NCBI GenBank assembly: GCA_963817955.1
Contig: CAWFQK010000004.1
Span: 1,600,001 to 1,664,000, forward strand
Source of the DNA: an uncultured Gemmatimonadaceae bacterium
GTDB taxonomy: Bacteria > Gemmatimonadota > Gemmatimonadetes > Gemmatimonadales > Gemmatimonadaceae
Direction of reading: 5' to 3'
DNA: 64,000 nucleotides
Position numbers and translations under genes: made by a program. Shown here piece after piece: positions 47,847-57,293 of this stretch; positions within the stretch are counted from its first letter, which is position 1; each line of letters opens with the position of its first letter. Under the pieces are notes generated by a model. It was not told where the DNA came from. It saw only the letters and a list, made by a program, of their open reading frames with translations, and ran no database searches.

Positions 47847-49097
47847 CTACACGCGATCCGGCGCCCCGTTCCCAGACTCCGGAAGGCCCGCGGGATCGGC
47901 CGCAAGTCCCAGCCGGCTCACCAAGAGCGGCATCGTCGCGCCCTGCACGAGCAACGAGAGAACGGTTGCGCCGACGGTCACGGCCATCAGTACGTCGCGG
48001 CCAGCGAATGTCTCGGGTAGCGAAAGGGCGAGCACCATGGACAGTGCACCGCGCAGGCCCCCCCAGGTCAGAACGGCAGCCCAACTCCATGGCATGCGCT
48101 TTCTGACCGTTCGCTGCCCGGCAAAGAGCAGCAGCACGATGATGGCTCGAGCCACGAGCATGGCGACAAAGGCCGCCGCGATCTCGCGCCCAACGTGCAG
48201 CAACGACGCCGGCCGGAACTCGAAGCCAATGAGAAGGAAGACGATCGAGTTGAGTGCGAACCCGACATATTCCCAGAAGCTCTCGACCGCCGCCCGCGAC
48301 GCCGGGGACATCCCCAAGTCGCGCCCCTGGCGCGCACAGCACATTCCGGCGACGACCGTCGCCAGCACGCCCGAGACTCCGAGCGCGTCGGCGAGCACGA
48401 ACGATCCGTAAGCGGCGATCATCGTGAGCGCGATTTCGATCATTGGCGCATCGATGTGGCGGATCATCCGAGCGATGCCGAATCCGGACGCCAACCCGAT
48501 CAGAACGCCGCCGCCGGCGATGAGAATGAACTGGACCGATATCCACTGGGTCGATGATGCGGCACTGCTTCCCGTGAGCAGGGACAGCACGAGCGTGAGC
48601 AGGACGATGCCCGTGCCGTCATTGAACAAGCTCTCTGACTCCACCAGCGCGGCGAGATCGGAGGGTGCTTTGACTTCTCTGAATAGCGCCGTCACGGCGA
48701 CGGGATCGGTAGCCGCGACGAGTGCACCGAACACTACGCCGAAGCGCCAGTCGATCGCCGATGCGCCGGTCATGACGCGGATCAGCCCACCGAACACGGC
48801 AGCGGTTGCCAACATGCCAATGATCACGCCGGGAACGGCGAGGGCGATCGTGCTTTTCCAGACGCGGCGGAAGGCGTCGAGATCCAGATGAAATGCAGAC
48901 TCGAACAGCAGCCCGGGCAGGAAGAACGTAAAGAGCAGTTCTTTCGTGAGTCGCGGCGGACTGACGAGGCCGAGCGCTCCAATGGCCAGCCCGGTGACGA
49001 CCAGTGCAACTGTGTACGGAATCCGGACGCGGCGCACGGCAACGGCGACGGCGGTGGCGACGCAGAATAGGAGAACGAGCGTGCTGGCCGGATTCAT
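47847..49097 (-). CDS. Na+/H+ antiporter, CPA1 family
   Basis: ATDPVAV, ESLFNDG and WGGLRGA motifs. Confidence 0.95.
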   Translation of the reverse strand: MNPASTLVLLFCVATAVAVAVRRVRIPYTVALVVTGLAIGALGLVSPPRLTKELLFTFFLPGLLFESAFHLDLDAFRRVWKSTIALAVPGVIIGMLATAAVFGGLIRVMTGASAIDWRFGVVFGALVAATDPVAVTALFREVKAPSDLAALVESESLFNDGTGIVLLTLVLSLLTGSSAASSTQWISVQFILIAGGGVLIGLASGFGIARMIRHIDAPMIEIALTMIAAYGSFVLADALGVSGVLATVVAGMCCARQGRDLGMSPASRAAVESFWEYVGFALNSIVFLLIGFEFRPASLLHVGREIAAAFVAMLVARAIIVLLLFAGQRTVRKRMPWSWAAVLTWGGLRGALSMVLALSLPETFAGRDVLMAVTVGATVLSLLVQGATMPLLVSRLGLAADPAGLPESGNGAPDRV

Positions 49098-49351
49098 TGA
49101 GCGAATGTCGTCGAACGGCACATACGCGAATTACACCGCTCGAGCCATTCGAGAAACCGATGCATGCATGGGAATCTAATTGACCCTGCTTTTGCGCGGC
49201 CGCTCGTTCCGTCTTGCCTCGGCGCGCCGACTACGACTTATTGTAAAGGCAACCTTTGCAGTCGACCCGGCGGCCGGCGTCGAACTCCTCCAACGTCTCG
49301 TATCGTGCCGCTCGCCGCGCTTCACACGCTGTGTGTCATGGGTGTTCTCGC

Positions 49352-50605
49352 GTGAAGGGCACCTTCCGTTCGCTGAACAGCTACAACTATCGGTTGTGGG
49401 CCGGCGGCGCGCTCGTGTCCAACGTGGGCACATGGATGCAGCGCGTCGCGCAGGACTGGATCGTGCTCACCCAGCTCACGCACCAGAGCGCGACGGCCGT
49501 CGGCATCGTGATGTCGCTCCAGTTCGGGCCGCAGATCCTCTTTCTGCCGGTGACCGGTTTCGCAGCCGATCACCTGGACCTGAGAAAGCTGCTGATCGCC
49601 ACGCAGGCGGCGATGGGCGCACTCGCGTTGGGCCTCGGCATCCTCACCGTTGCTGGTCTCGTCCAGCTCTGGCACGTGTACGTGTTCGCCTTCCTGCTCG
49701 GCTGCGTCACCGCATTCGACGCGACGGCACGCCAGACGTTCGTCTCGGAGCTCGTCGCCGATGTCGACCTGTCGAACGCCGTGGCACTGAACTCGACGTC
49801 GTTCAACGCGGCGAGAATGATCGGCCCCGCGATCGCGGGCGTCCTCATCTCGGTCGTGGGATCTGGATGGGTCTTCCTGATCAACGCGGCGTCATTCGTC
49901 GCCGTGATCGGCTCGCTCGCGTTCCTTCGGAAGGAGGAGCTGCACAGGAAGGCCCGTGCGCCGCGAACCCCGGGCAGCATGGTCGAGGGATTTCGCTATG
50001 TGTGGAAGCGACCAGATCTCAAGGCTGTGCTCCTCATGTTCTTTCTGATCGGAACATTCGGATTCAACTTTCCGATCTTCATCTCGACCATGTCCGTCAC
50101 GGTGTTCCATGCCGGCGCGCATCAGTACGGCCTGTTGACGTCGGTCATGGCGATGGGGTCGGTGGCCGGCGCGCTGCTGTCGGCTCGGCGCGAGAAACCG
50201 CGCGTCGAACTCCTGTTGACGGGCGCCGGGCTGTTCGGGCTGGGCGCGGGACTCGGCGCGATCATGCCCAACTATGTGCTGTTCGGAATGGCCCTCGCCC
50301 TCGTTGGTGTGTCGGCGCAAACGTTCAGCACGACGGCGAACGGCACGGTGCAGCTCTCCACCGAGCCCGTGATGCGGGGGCGCGTGATGGCGATCCTGCT
50401 CGCGGTGGCCATGGGCGGCACGCCCCTCGGTGCCCCGATCGTCGGGTGGGTGGCGGACCGATTCGGACCACGATGGGCACTCGCCGTGGCGGCGGGCGCC
50501 GGGTGGGCGGCGGTTCTGGTGGGACTTCACTACTTGACGAAGCATCGGCAGCTCCGTATGCACGTACACGCGGGGCGCATTCGGTTCAGTTTCGACAATC
50601 AATAA
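49352..50605 (+). CDS. MFS transporter (MFS_3 / H+ antiporter-like)
   Basis: SNVGTWMQRVAQDW and NAARMIGPAIAG motifs; GTG start inferred. Confidence 0.92.
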   Translation: MKGTFRSLNSYNYRLWAGGALVSNVGTWMQRVAQDWIVLTQLTHQSATAVGIVMSLQFGPQILFLPVTGFAADHLDLRKLLIATQAAMGALALGLGILTVAGLVQLWHVYVFAFLLGCVTAFDATARQTFVSELVADVDLSNAVALNSTSFNAARMIGPAIAGVLISVVGSGWVFLINAASFVAVIGSLAFLRKEELHRKARAPRTPGSMVEGFRYVWKRPDLKAVLLMFFLIGTFGFNFPIFISTMSVTVFHAGAHQYGLLTSVMAMGSVAGALLSARREKPRVELLLTGAGLFGLGAGLGAIMPNYVLFGMALALVGVSAQTFSTTANGTVQLSTEPVMRGRVMAILLAVAMGGTPLGAPIVGWVADRFGPRWALAVAAGAGWAAVLVGLHYLTKHRQLRMHVHAGRIRFSFDNQ

Positions 50606-50614
50606 ATTTTCACA

Positions 50615-52195
50615 ATGCGGGCCATGCTTACACTCCGGTCACACATGCGCGGATACGGCGCGATCGCCGCGCTGCTCGGATTCCTCACGCTGGCGGCAGT
50701 TCCCGCCGCGGCGCAGCGTCTCGATCCCATCCTCTACACGGTCAGCATTCCCGCGGCTGAAACACACGTTGCCGTCGTCGAGGCGCGCGTGCCGACGTCG
50801 AATCGGGCCACGGTGGAGTTGATGATGCCCGTGTGGTCGCCCGGGTACTATGTGAGAGAGGATTATGCGCAGCGCGTGCTGCACGTCGTCGCGCGATCGC
50901 CGAATGGCGACTCGCTGGCGATCGAGCAACCGCAGCCGAACCATTGGCGCATTCGCACGGGCGGGGCCGCCACGATCACCCTCCGCTACGAATTGCAGTG
51001 CGGCGTACGCTCCGTGACGGGGAATTGGGTCGGCACCGACATGGCGGTGTTGAACGGCGCTCCAACCTTCATCACGCTACTCGAGCATACGCAGCGGCCG
51101 CACGACGTTCACCTCGTCTTGCCAGCGTCGTGGCACCAGAGTGCAACGTCACTCGCCGCCGCCACCGACCACGCACCGAATCACTATGTCGCGGCGGGGT
51201 ATGACGAGCTGGTCGACTCGCCAATCGTGATGGGCAACATCTCGGTACACGAGTTCGAGGTCGCGGGCGCCAAGCACACGCTCGCCGACATTGGCGACGT
51301 TCCCGCGACGTGGAACGGGCAGCTCGCTGCGGACAACCTCGAGAAGATCGCACAGGCGAACGCGCGTTTCTGGGGCTTCCTGCCGTTCACCAAGTACGTC
51401 TTCCTGAACGTGTTTCGACAGGGCGGCGGAGGGCTGGAGCATCTCAACTCCACGCTGCTCACGTCGAGCCCGCGCTCGGAGAACGGCGGCAACCAACGCT
51501 GGCTGGAGTATGTGGCGCACGAGTATTTTCATGCGGAAAACGTGAAGCGCTTGCGTCCGGTCGAGTTGGGACCGTTCGACTACGAGCACCCGCCGGCCAC
51601 CGCAAGCCTCTGGCTCTCGGAAGGCGTGACGTCCTATTACGGCGACCTGCTCGTCACGCGATCGGGCATCGACGCGCCGCGCGATTTTCTTGCGTCGCTT
51701 TCCAAGGACATCACGTCACTCCAGACGTCACCCGGGCGGTTGGTCCAGACGCTGGAGCAGGCGTCGCTCGGAATCTTTGCCACCGGTGGATCGGGCGTTG
51801 GCGGCGACCGCAATAGCACGGTGAGCTACTACGTGAAGGGATGCGTGCTCGGATGGTTGCTCGACGCGCGCATCCAGCACGCCACCAACGGGAGGAAGAG
51901 TTTCGACGACGTGATGCGATTGGCGTATCAGCGATTCGGTGGTGTGCATGGCTTCACACCTGAGGAGTTCGTCGCGGTCGCGTCGGAGGTGGCCGGAGCG
52001 GACCTCGCGCCGTTCTTCCACAAGTCGCTGCAGACAACCGACGAACTGGACTACTCCGAGGCGCTCGCCTGGTTCGGCTTACGCTTTTCGGCGTCGCCGG
52101 ACCCGGCCAAAGCGTGGACGTTGGAAGAGCGTCCCGAGGCAACGCCGGCGCAGAAGGAGCACCTTGGCAGGTTGACGGCGGTCACTCTGAAGTAA
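50615..52195 (+). CDS. M61 glycyl aminopeptidase without an evident PDZ domain
   Basis: PVWSPGYY, GGLEH, HEYFH, LWLSEGVTSYY and SYYVKG motifs. Confidence 0.92.
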   Translation: MRAMLTLRSHMRGYGAIAALLGFLTLAAVPAAAQRLDPILYTVSIPAAETHVAVVEARVPTSNRATVELMMPVWSPGYYVREDYAQRVLHVVARSPNGDSLAIEQPQPNHWRIRTGGAATITLRYELQCGVRSVTGNWVGTDMAVLNGAPTFITLLEHTQRPHDVHLVLPASWHQSATSLAAATDHAPNHYVAAGYDELVDSPIVMGNISVHEFEVAGAKHTLADIGDVPATWNGQLAADNLEKIAQANARFWGFLPFTKYVFLNVFRQGGGGLEHLNSTLLTSSPRSENGGNQRWLEYVAHEYFHAENVKRLRPVELGPFDYEHPPATASLWLSEGVTSYYGDLLVTRSGIDAPRDFLASLSKDITSLQTSPGRLVQTLEQASLGIFATGGSGVGGDRNSTVSYYVKGCVLGWLLDARIQHATNGRKSFDDVMRLAYQRFGGVHGFTPEEFVAVASEVAGADLAPFFHKSLQTTDELDYSEALAWFGLRFSASPDPAKAWTLEERPEATPAQKEHLGRLTAVTLK

Positions 52196-52289
52196 CGGGC
52201 TGAGTTGGGCCAATTGTTGCTCGGCAATTCGAGCCAACAATGGGAGGTCACATGAGATTCATCACCGTATCAGCCTCGGTGCTGACGGC

Positions 52290-53594
52290 GTGCGCCTCGT
52301 CGCTCGCCGCGCAGAGGGAGCGGCGTTCCCAGCCGCCCCGGTGACGACCGCCGTCGGTGAGGTAGAGAGAGCGCCCACTCTCGGCCACCGGGTAAACCGG
52401 CGGTGGTTGACACTCATCGGCGTAGTGGCCGTGCTCGCCATCGGCGGCCTGTGGTGGCGCTCACGCCCCGCCCCGGTCCGCTATGTCACCGCGCCCGTGA
52501 CGCGCGGCCCGATCATCCGCGGCGTCATCGCGACGGGCGCGGTGAACCCAGTGGTCACGGTACAGGTGGGCGCATTCGTATCAGGCACGATCCAGGCACT
52601 GTACTGCGACTACAACACTCAGGTGAAAGCGAATCAGTTGTGCGCCAAGATCGACCCGCGCACCTATCAGCAGACCGTCGACCAGAACGCCGCCGCGCTG
52701 GAGAGTGCGAGAGCGCAGCTCCAGAAGGATCAGGCCGCGCTCTCGTACGCAAGCATCAACTACGACCGCGACGCCCAACTCCTGGTCAAGGGCGTTGTCT
52801 CGCAGGACCAGGTCGACACCGACAAGAGCGCGCTTGGCCAGGCAAGGGCCGCGGTCGCGCTCGACGTCGCAACGATCGGCGAGCGCGTGGCCACGCTCAA
52901 GGTGGCGCAGGTCAACCTTCAGTACACCAACATCGTTTCCCCCGTCAATGGCACTGTCATCTCGCGCAACGTTGACGTGGGTCAGACGGTCGCGGCGAGC
53001 TTCCAGACGCCAATGCTGTTTCTCATAGGAAAGGATCTCACGCGCATGCAGGTGGACGCCAGCGTGAGTGAATCGGACATCGGCGCGGTGGCCGTGGGCC
53101 AGCAGGCGACGTTCACGGTCGAGGCGTATCCAAACCGCGAGTTCGTGGGGCGCATCACGCAGGTTCGCCGAGCTCCAATCACCGTGCAGAACGTGGTCAC
53201 GTACGATGTGGTGATTGCCGTCGACAACCCCGACCTGGTTCTGCTGCCGGGGATGACGGCAAACACGCGCATCGTGACAGCGCGCCGTGACGGCGTCCTG
53301 CGCATTCCACTCCAGGCCACGCGCTACACTCCCGGCGGCGTGGGAAAGGGGGGCGCCACACCCCAGCGCGCCGGAGCAAGTTCGCAGCATACCGTCTGGG
53401 TGCTCCGCGCCGGCCAAGCAGTCAAGGTGCCAGTGACCACCGGGTTGGACGACGGCACGCTCGTCGAGGTAGTCCGCGGCGACCTGGCTGTCGGTGAGCA
53501 GGTCATCACGGGCGAGGCCGGAACCGGAGCTGGAGCTGGAGCCAGAGCCGGGACGCGCCCGACGGCCCCCGGAACACCGACGCCGCGCTTGTAA
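52290..53594 (+). CDS. macA: Efflux periplasmic adaptor (MacA-like)
   Basis: Membrane anchor, VQVGAFVSG, IVSPVNGTVISRNVDVGQTVAASFQ. Confidence 0.9.
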   Translation: MRLVARRAEGAAFPAAPVTTAVGEVERAPTLGHRVNRRWLTLIGVVAVLAIGGLWWRSRPAPVRYVTAPVTRGPIIRGVIATGAVNPVVTVQVGAFVSGTIQALYCDYNTQVKANQLCAKIDPRTYQQTVDQNAAALESARAQLQKDQAALSYASINYDRDAQLLVKGVVSQDQVDTDKSALGQARAAVALDVATIGERVATLKVAQVNLQYTNIVSPVNGTVISRNVDVGQTVAASFQTPMLFLIGKDLTRMQVDASVSESDIGAVAVGQQATFTVEAYPNREFVGRITQVRRAPITVQNVVTYDVVIAVDNPDLVLLPGMTANTRIVTARRDGVLRIPLQATRYTPGGVGKGGATPQRAGASSQHTVWVLRAGQAVKVPVTTGLDDGTLVEVVRGDLAVGEQVITGEAGTGAGAGARAGTRPTAPGTPTPRL

Positions 53595-53627
53595 CGAAAC
53601 GTCGCCCACTCACCGATCGAGGAGCCA

Positions 53628-55712
53628 ATGGCACAACCGGTCATCGACGTCCGCGCGCTCACGAAGGTGTTCGCACTCGGCGGCACGGAGACCCGAGCGC
53701 TGGACGGCGTCACGCTCTCCGTGAGCCCCGGCGAGTTCATCGCTATCATGGGCGCGTCGGGGTCGGGCAAGTCAACGCTCATGAACATTCTGGGATGCCT
53801 CGATCGCCCCACGAGCGGGCAATACTTCCTCGAGGGCGTCGACATCGCGACGCTCGCCGAGCCGGCGCTGGCCGCCATCCGGAGCACCCGCATCGGATTT
53901 GTATTCCAGAACTTCAATCTGCTCCCGCGAACGAGCGCACTCGAGAACGTGCTGCTCCCGCTCTTCTACAGCGCGCCCCGCGGCGACGCGACCGTCCGGG
54001 CCCGCGGCGCGCTTGCCGCCCTCGGCCTGGCGAACCGCGAGGCCAACGCGCCGAGCCAGTTGTCGGGAGGACAGCAGCAGCGCGTCGCCATCGCCCGTGC
54101 CCTGATCAACGATCCGGCGATCCTGCTCGCCGACGAGCCGACAGGCAACCTCGACTCGAAGACCGCCGCGGACATCATGACCACGCTCCGCGCGCTCAAC
54201 CGCGAGCGGCGGCTGACCGTCGTACTCGTCACGCACGAGCCGGACATGGCGGCCTTCACCGACCGGATCGTCACGATGCGCGATGGCAAGATCGTCTCCG
54301 ACGTGCCCAACGTGGCGCAGGTGCCGGCCTCGGCGCCCGATGCGGAGGGCGTCGCCGCGCCGGCCATTCCGGCCCCGGCCGCTCCGTCCACCGCGACACC
54401 GCTCACCGCGTTCACGCGTATGGCACTGGTCGCCGCGTGGCGGGCGATCGCCCGGAACGGCATGCGCTCCGCGTTGACGATGCTCGGAATCTTCATCGGC
54501 GTCGCCGCACTCATCGCAATGGTGGCGGTCGGGCAAGGAGCCAACGCCGCCGTCAAGGCGCAGATCGAAGCGCTCGGTACCAATTTGCTCGTGGTCCAAC
54601 CCGGCGCGACGACCGCGGGCGGCGTGCGCGCCGGGTTCGGCAGCGCGTCGACACTCCGAACCACCGATGCCGACGCGATCAAAAAGGACGATCCCGCCGT
54701 GGCCGACGTCGCGTATCAGATCCGCCAGGTGGCCCAGGTGCAGAGCGGCGACCAGAACTGGTCCACGGGCATTCAGGGCGTGACGCCGAGCTATCTCTCC
54801 ATTCGGAACTGGCCGGTGGCCGCGGGCCGCGCGATCGACGATGAGGACATGCAGAACGGCGCGCGCGTGGCGCTGCTCGGGCAATCGGTGGTCAAGAATC
54901 TCTTCGGCGAACAATCCAACCCGATCGACGCCACAATTCTGATCAAGGGCGTTCCCCTCCAGGTGATCGGCGTGTTGTCGGCGAAGGGACAGACGGGATT
55001 CGGCCAGGATCAGGACGACGTCGTACTCATTCCCTTCTCCACCGCCGAACAGAAGGTGCTCGGCGTGTCGGCGCCCGCGACCAGCGGGACCGCCGCCGGC
55101 CAGACATACCCTGCGCCGCCGAATCCTTTCGGAATGCGGCCCAAGCTCACGGGCTACGTCAGCACCATCTACGTCCAGGCCGTCAGCACCGCCGCCATCC
55201 CGAATGCGCTGGCACAGGTCACGGCCACACTCAGACGGCAGCACGACATCCAGCCCGGCGCGGCGGACGACTTCGGCGTGCGGAACATGAGCGACATCAC
55301 GCAGGCCGCCGAGGGGAGCAGCCAGGTCATGGCAATGTTGCTCGCCACCGTCGCCTCGATCTCGCTGCTCGTCGGCGGTATCGGAATCATGAACATCCTG
55401 TTGGTGTCGGTCACGGAGCGTACCCGCGAGATCGGCATTCGTATGGCTGTCGGAGCACGCCGGCTTCAGGTACTGCTCCAGTTCCTCGTCGAATCGATTC
55501 TGCTCAGCGCCGGCGGCGGGGCTGCCGGCATCGTCATTGGCGTGGTGCTGTCGAAGGTGATCTCCGTCGTCGCGGGGTGGCCCACCGCCCTATCGCCTGT
55601 GGCGATCATCGGCGCGTTCTTCTTCTCTGCTGCCGTGGGGATCTTCTTCGGCTATCATCCCGCGCGCAAAGCATCGCGGCTCAATCCCATCGAGGCCCTG
55701 CGGTATGAGTGA
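53628..55712 (+). CDS. macB: MacB-type fused ABC ATPase/permease
   Basis: GASGSGKS, LSGGQQQR, GGIGIMNILLVSVTERTREIGIR and PIEALRYE motifs. Confidence 0.95.
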   Translation: MAQPVIDVRALTKVFALGGTETRALDGVTLSVSPGEFIAIMGASGSGKSTLMNILGCLDRPTSGQYFLEGVDIATLAEPALAAIRSTRIGFVFQNFNLLPRTSALENVLLPLFYSAPRGDATVRARGALAALGLANREANAPSQLSGGQQQRVAIARALINDPAILLADEPTGNLDSKTAADIMTTLRALNRERRLTVVLVTHEPDMAAFTDRIVTMRDGKIVSDVPNVAQVPASAPDAEGVAAPAIPAPAAPSTATPLTAFTRMALVAAWRAIARNGMRSALTMLGIFIGVAALIAMVAVGQGANAAVKAQIEALGTNLLVVQPGATTAGGVRAGFGSASTLRTTDADAIKKDDPAVADVAYQIRQVAQVQSGDQNWSTGIQGVTPSYLSIRNWPVAAGRAIDDEDMQNGARVALLGQSVVKNLFGEQSNPIDATILIKGVPLQVIGVLSAKGQTGFGQDQDDVVLIPFSTAEQKVLGVSAPATSGTAAGQTYPAPPNPFGMRPKLTGYVSTIYVQAVSTAAIPNALAQVTATLRRQHDIQPGAADDFGVRNMSDITQAAEGSSQVMAMLLATVASISLLVGGIGIMNILLVSVTERTREIGIRMAVGARRLQVLLQFLVESILLSAGGGAAGIVIGVVLSKVISVVAGWPTALSPVAIIGAFFFSAAVGIFFGYHPARKASRLNPIEALRYE

Positions 55713-57210
55713 CGCGCGCTTCGCCCTGAATCGACATGTACGGCTCGCACTCGCCGCGGGTGCGCTGGTCGTACAATCGTGTCGAACGGGGCCGGATTTC
55801 GTGCCGCCCGCGCCTCCTGTCGCGCCACGCTACGCCGAGGCGATCGCCGCACTGCGTGCCCCGATCGACAGCGCGGGGCAGCACTTGGAGTTGGGGCAGA
55901 CGGTGCCGCTCCAGTGGTGGGAAGCGTTCAACTCTCCGGAGCTGAACGCGGTCGTGAGCCAGGCGGTCGCAAGCAGTCTGACACTCGCCTCCGCGCAGGC
56001 GAGCCTCGCCCAGGCCCGCGAAGTCTTGAACCAGGCGAGCGGTGGTCGCTATCCGAGCGTGGACGCCTCGGCGACCGCGGAGCGCCAGCAGAGCAGCGCC
56101 GGAGGCATCAGTGGCGCTCCGCGGCGGACAACGAACATCTTCTCAATCGGCGCGACGGTGAGCTATCCCATGGACCTGTTCGGGGGAATCCGCCGGTTCG
56201 TTGAAGAGCAGGCGGCGTTCGCCGAAGAAGCGCGGTACACTGTGGCGACGACATACCTCGCGGTGACGGGCAACGCCGTCGGCTTCGCCATCACACTCGC
56301 GTCGCTCCGGGCGCAGATCGAGGCGCTCAACGAGATCCTTGCATACGACCAGCAGAACCTCGATCTGGTCCAGGCCAAGTTCACTGCTGGCAAGGCAGCG
56401 CGGATCGACGTGCTGAGCGCACTGACGCAACTCGAGAGCGATCGCGCGCTTCTCCCTCCCGTGCAGCAACAGTTGGCGACCGCCAGCCACGCGCTGTCGG
56501 TACTCGTCGGACAGCTCCCGAGCGAGTGGTCGCCACCGCCGTTCGACCTCGCCAAGCTGGCGCTTCCGAGAGCACTGCCGGTGAGCATACCGTCCAACCT
56601 GGTACACCAGCGCCCCGACATTCTCGCAGCGGAAGCACGCCTTCACGCGTCCGGCGCGGCGATCGGCGTAGCCGGAGCGCAGCTGTACCCGAACATGACC
56701 ATCTCCGGTACCCTGGCGACACAGGCGGCGTCGACCTCAGGACTCTTCAAGGGGTCGAGCATTCTCTGGAACCTGATCGACGGGACCACGGCGCCGATCT
56801 TCCATGGCGGTGCGCTACGCGCCCAGGAGCGAGCCGCCGTCGACGCCTATGACGCCACGCTCGCGGTTTATCGTCAGACCACGCTCGCCGCCTTCCAGCA
56901 GGTTGCGGACGTTCTGAACACATTGGCGTTCGACAGACAGCTCGCAGACGCGCAGTCGCGGACACTCGCCACCTCGCGAGAGCTGTTGGGCCTTCAGCGG
57001 ATAAGCTACGACGCGGGCAAGTCGAACATCCTGCAGCTCATCGACGCACAGCGCAGCTACCAGCAGTCGCGCCTGGCGCAGACGCGGGCCTTGGCCTCAG
57101 TCTACCAGGACGTCGCGCAATTGGCGGTCGCCATGGGGGGCGGCTGGTGGCAAGCCTCGGACGCCGACCTGCGCGACTGGGGGAGCGGCGAACCGCCGGG
57201 GCAGCCATAA
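55705..57210 (+). CDS. Outer-membrane efflux lipoprotein (NodT/TolC family)
   Basis: Lipobox-like VQSC, WWEAF, RPDILAAE and AMGGGW motifs. Confidence 0.93.
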   Translation: MSDARFALNRHVRLALAAGALVVQSCRTGPDFVPPAPPVAPRYAEAIAALRAPIDSAGQHLELGQTVPLQWWEAFNSPELNAVVSQAVASSLTLASAQASLAQAREVLNQASGGRYPSVDASATAERQQSSAGGISGAPRRTTNIFSIGATVSYPMDLFGGIRRFVEEQAAFAEEARYTVATTYLAVTGNAVGFAITLASLRAQIEALNEILAYDQQNLDLVQAKFTAGKAARIDVLSALTQLESDRALLPPVQQQLATASHALSVLVGQLPSEWSPPPFDLAKLALPRALPVSIPSNLVHQRPDILAAEARLHASGAAIGVAGAQLYPNMTISGTLATQAASTSGLFKGSSILWNLIDGTTAPIFHGGALRAQERAAVDAYDATLAVYRQTTLAAFQQVADVLNTLAFDRQLADAQSRTLATSRELLGLQRISYDAGKSNILQLIDAQRSYQQSRLAQTRALASVYQDVAQLAVAMGGGWWQASDADLRDWGSGEPPGQP

Positions 57211-57293
57211 GGACGCCAGTATGCCGCCGGCGGCCGACTCGTGTCGTACTTTCAAACACTTACCGACGCGCTGGAGCGAGAGCCGCCTCGTCG

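Noticed and set aside
52196..52245. Imperfect hairpin ATTGTTG-CTCG...CGAG-C-CAACAAT after the M61 gene
   Set aside because: It has no U-tract and occurs once; terminator versus operator cannot be decided.
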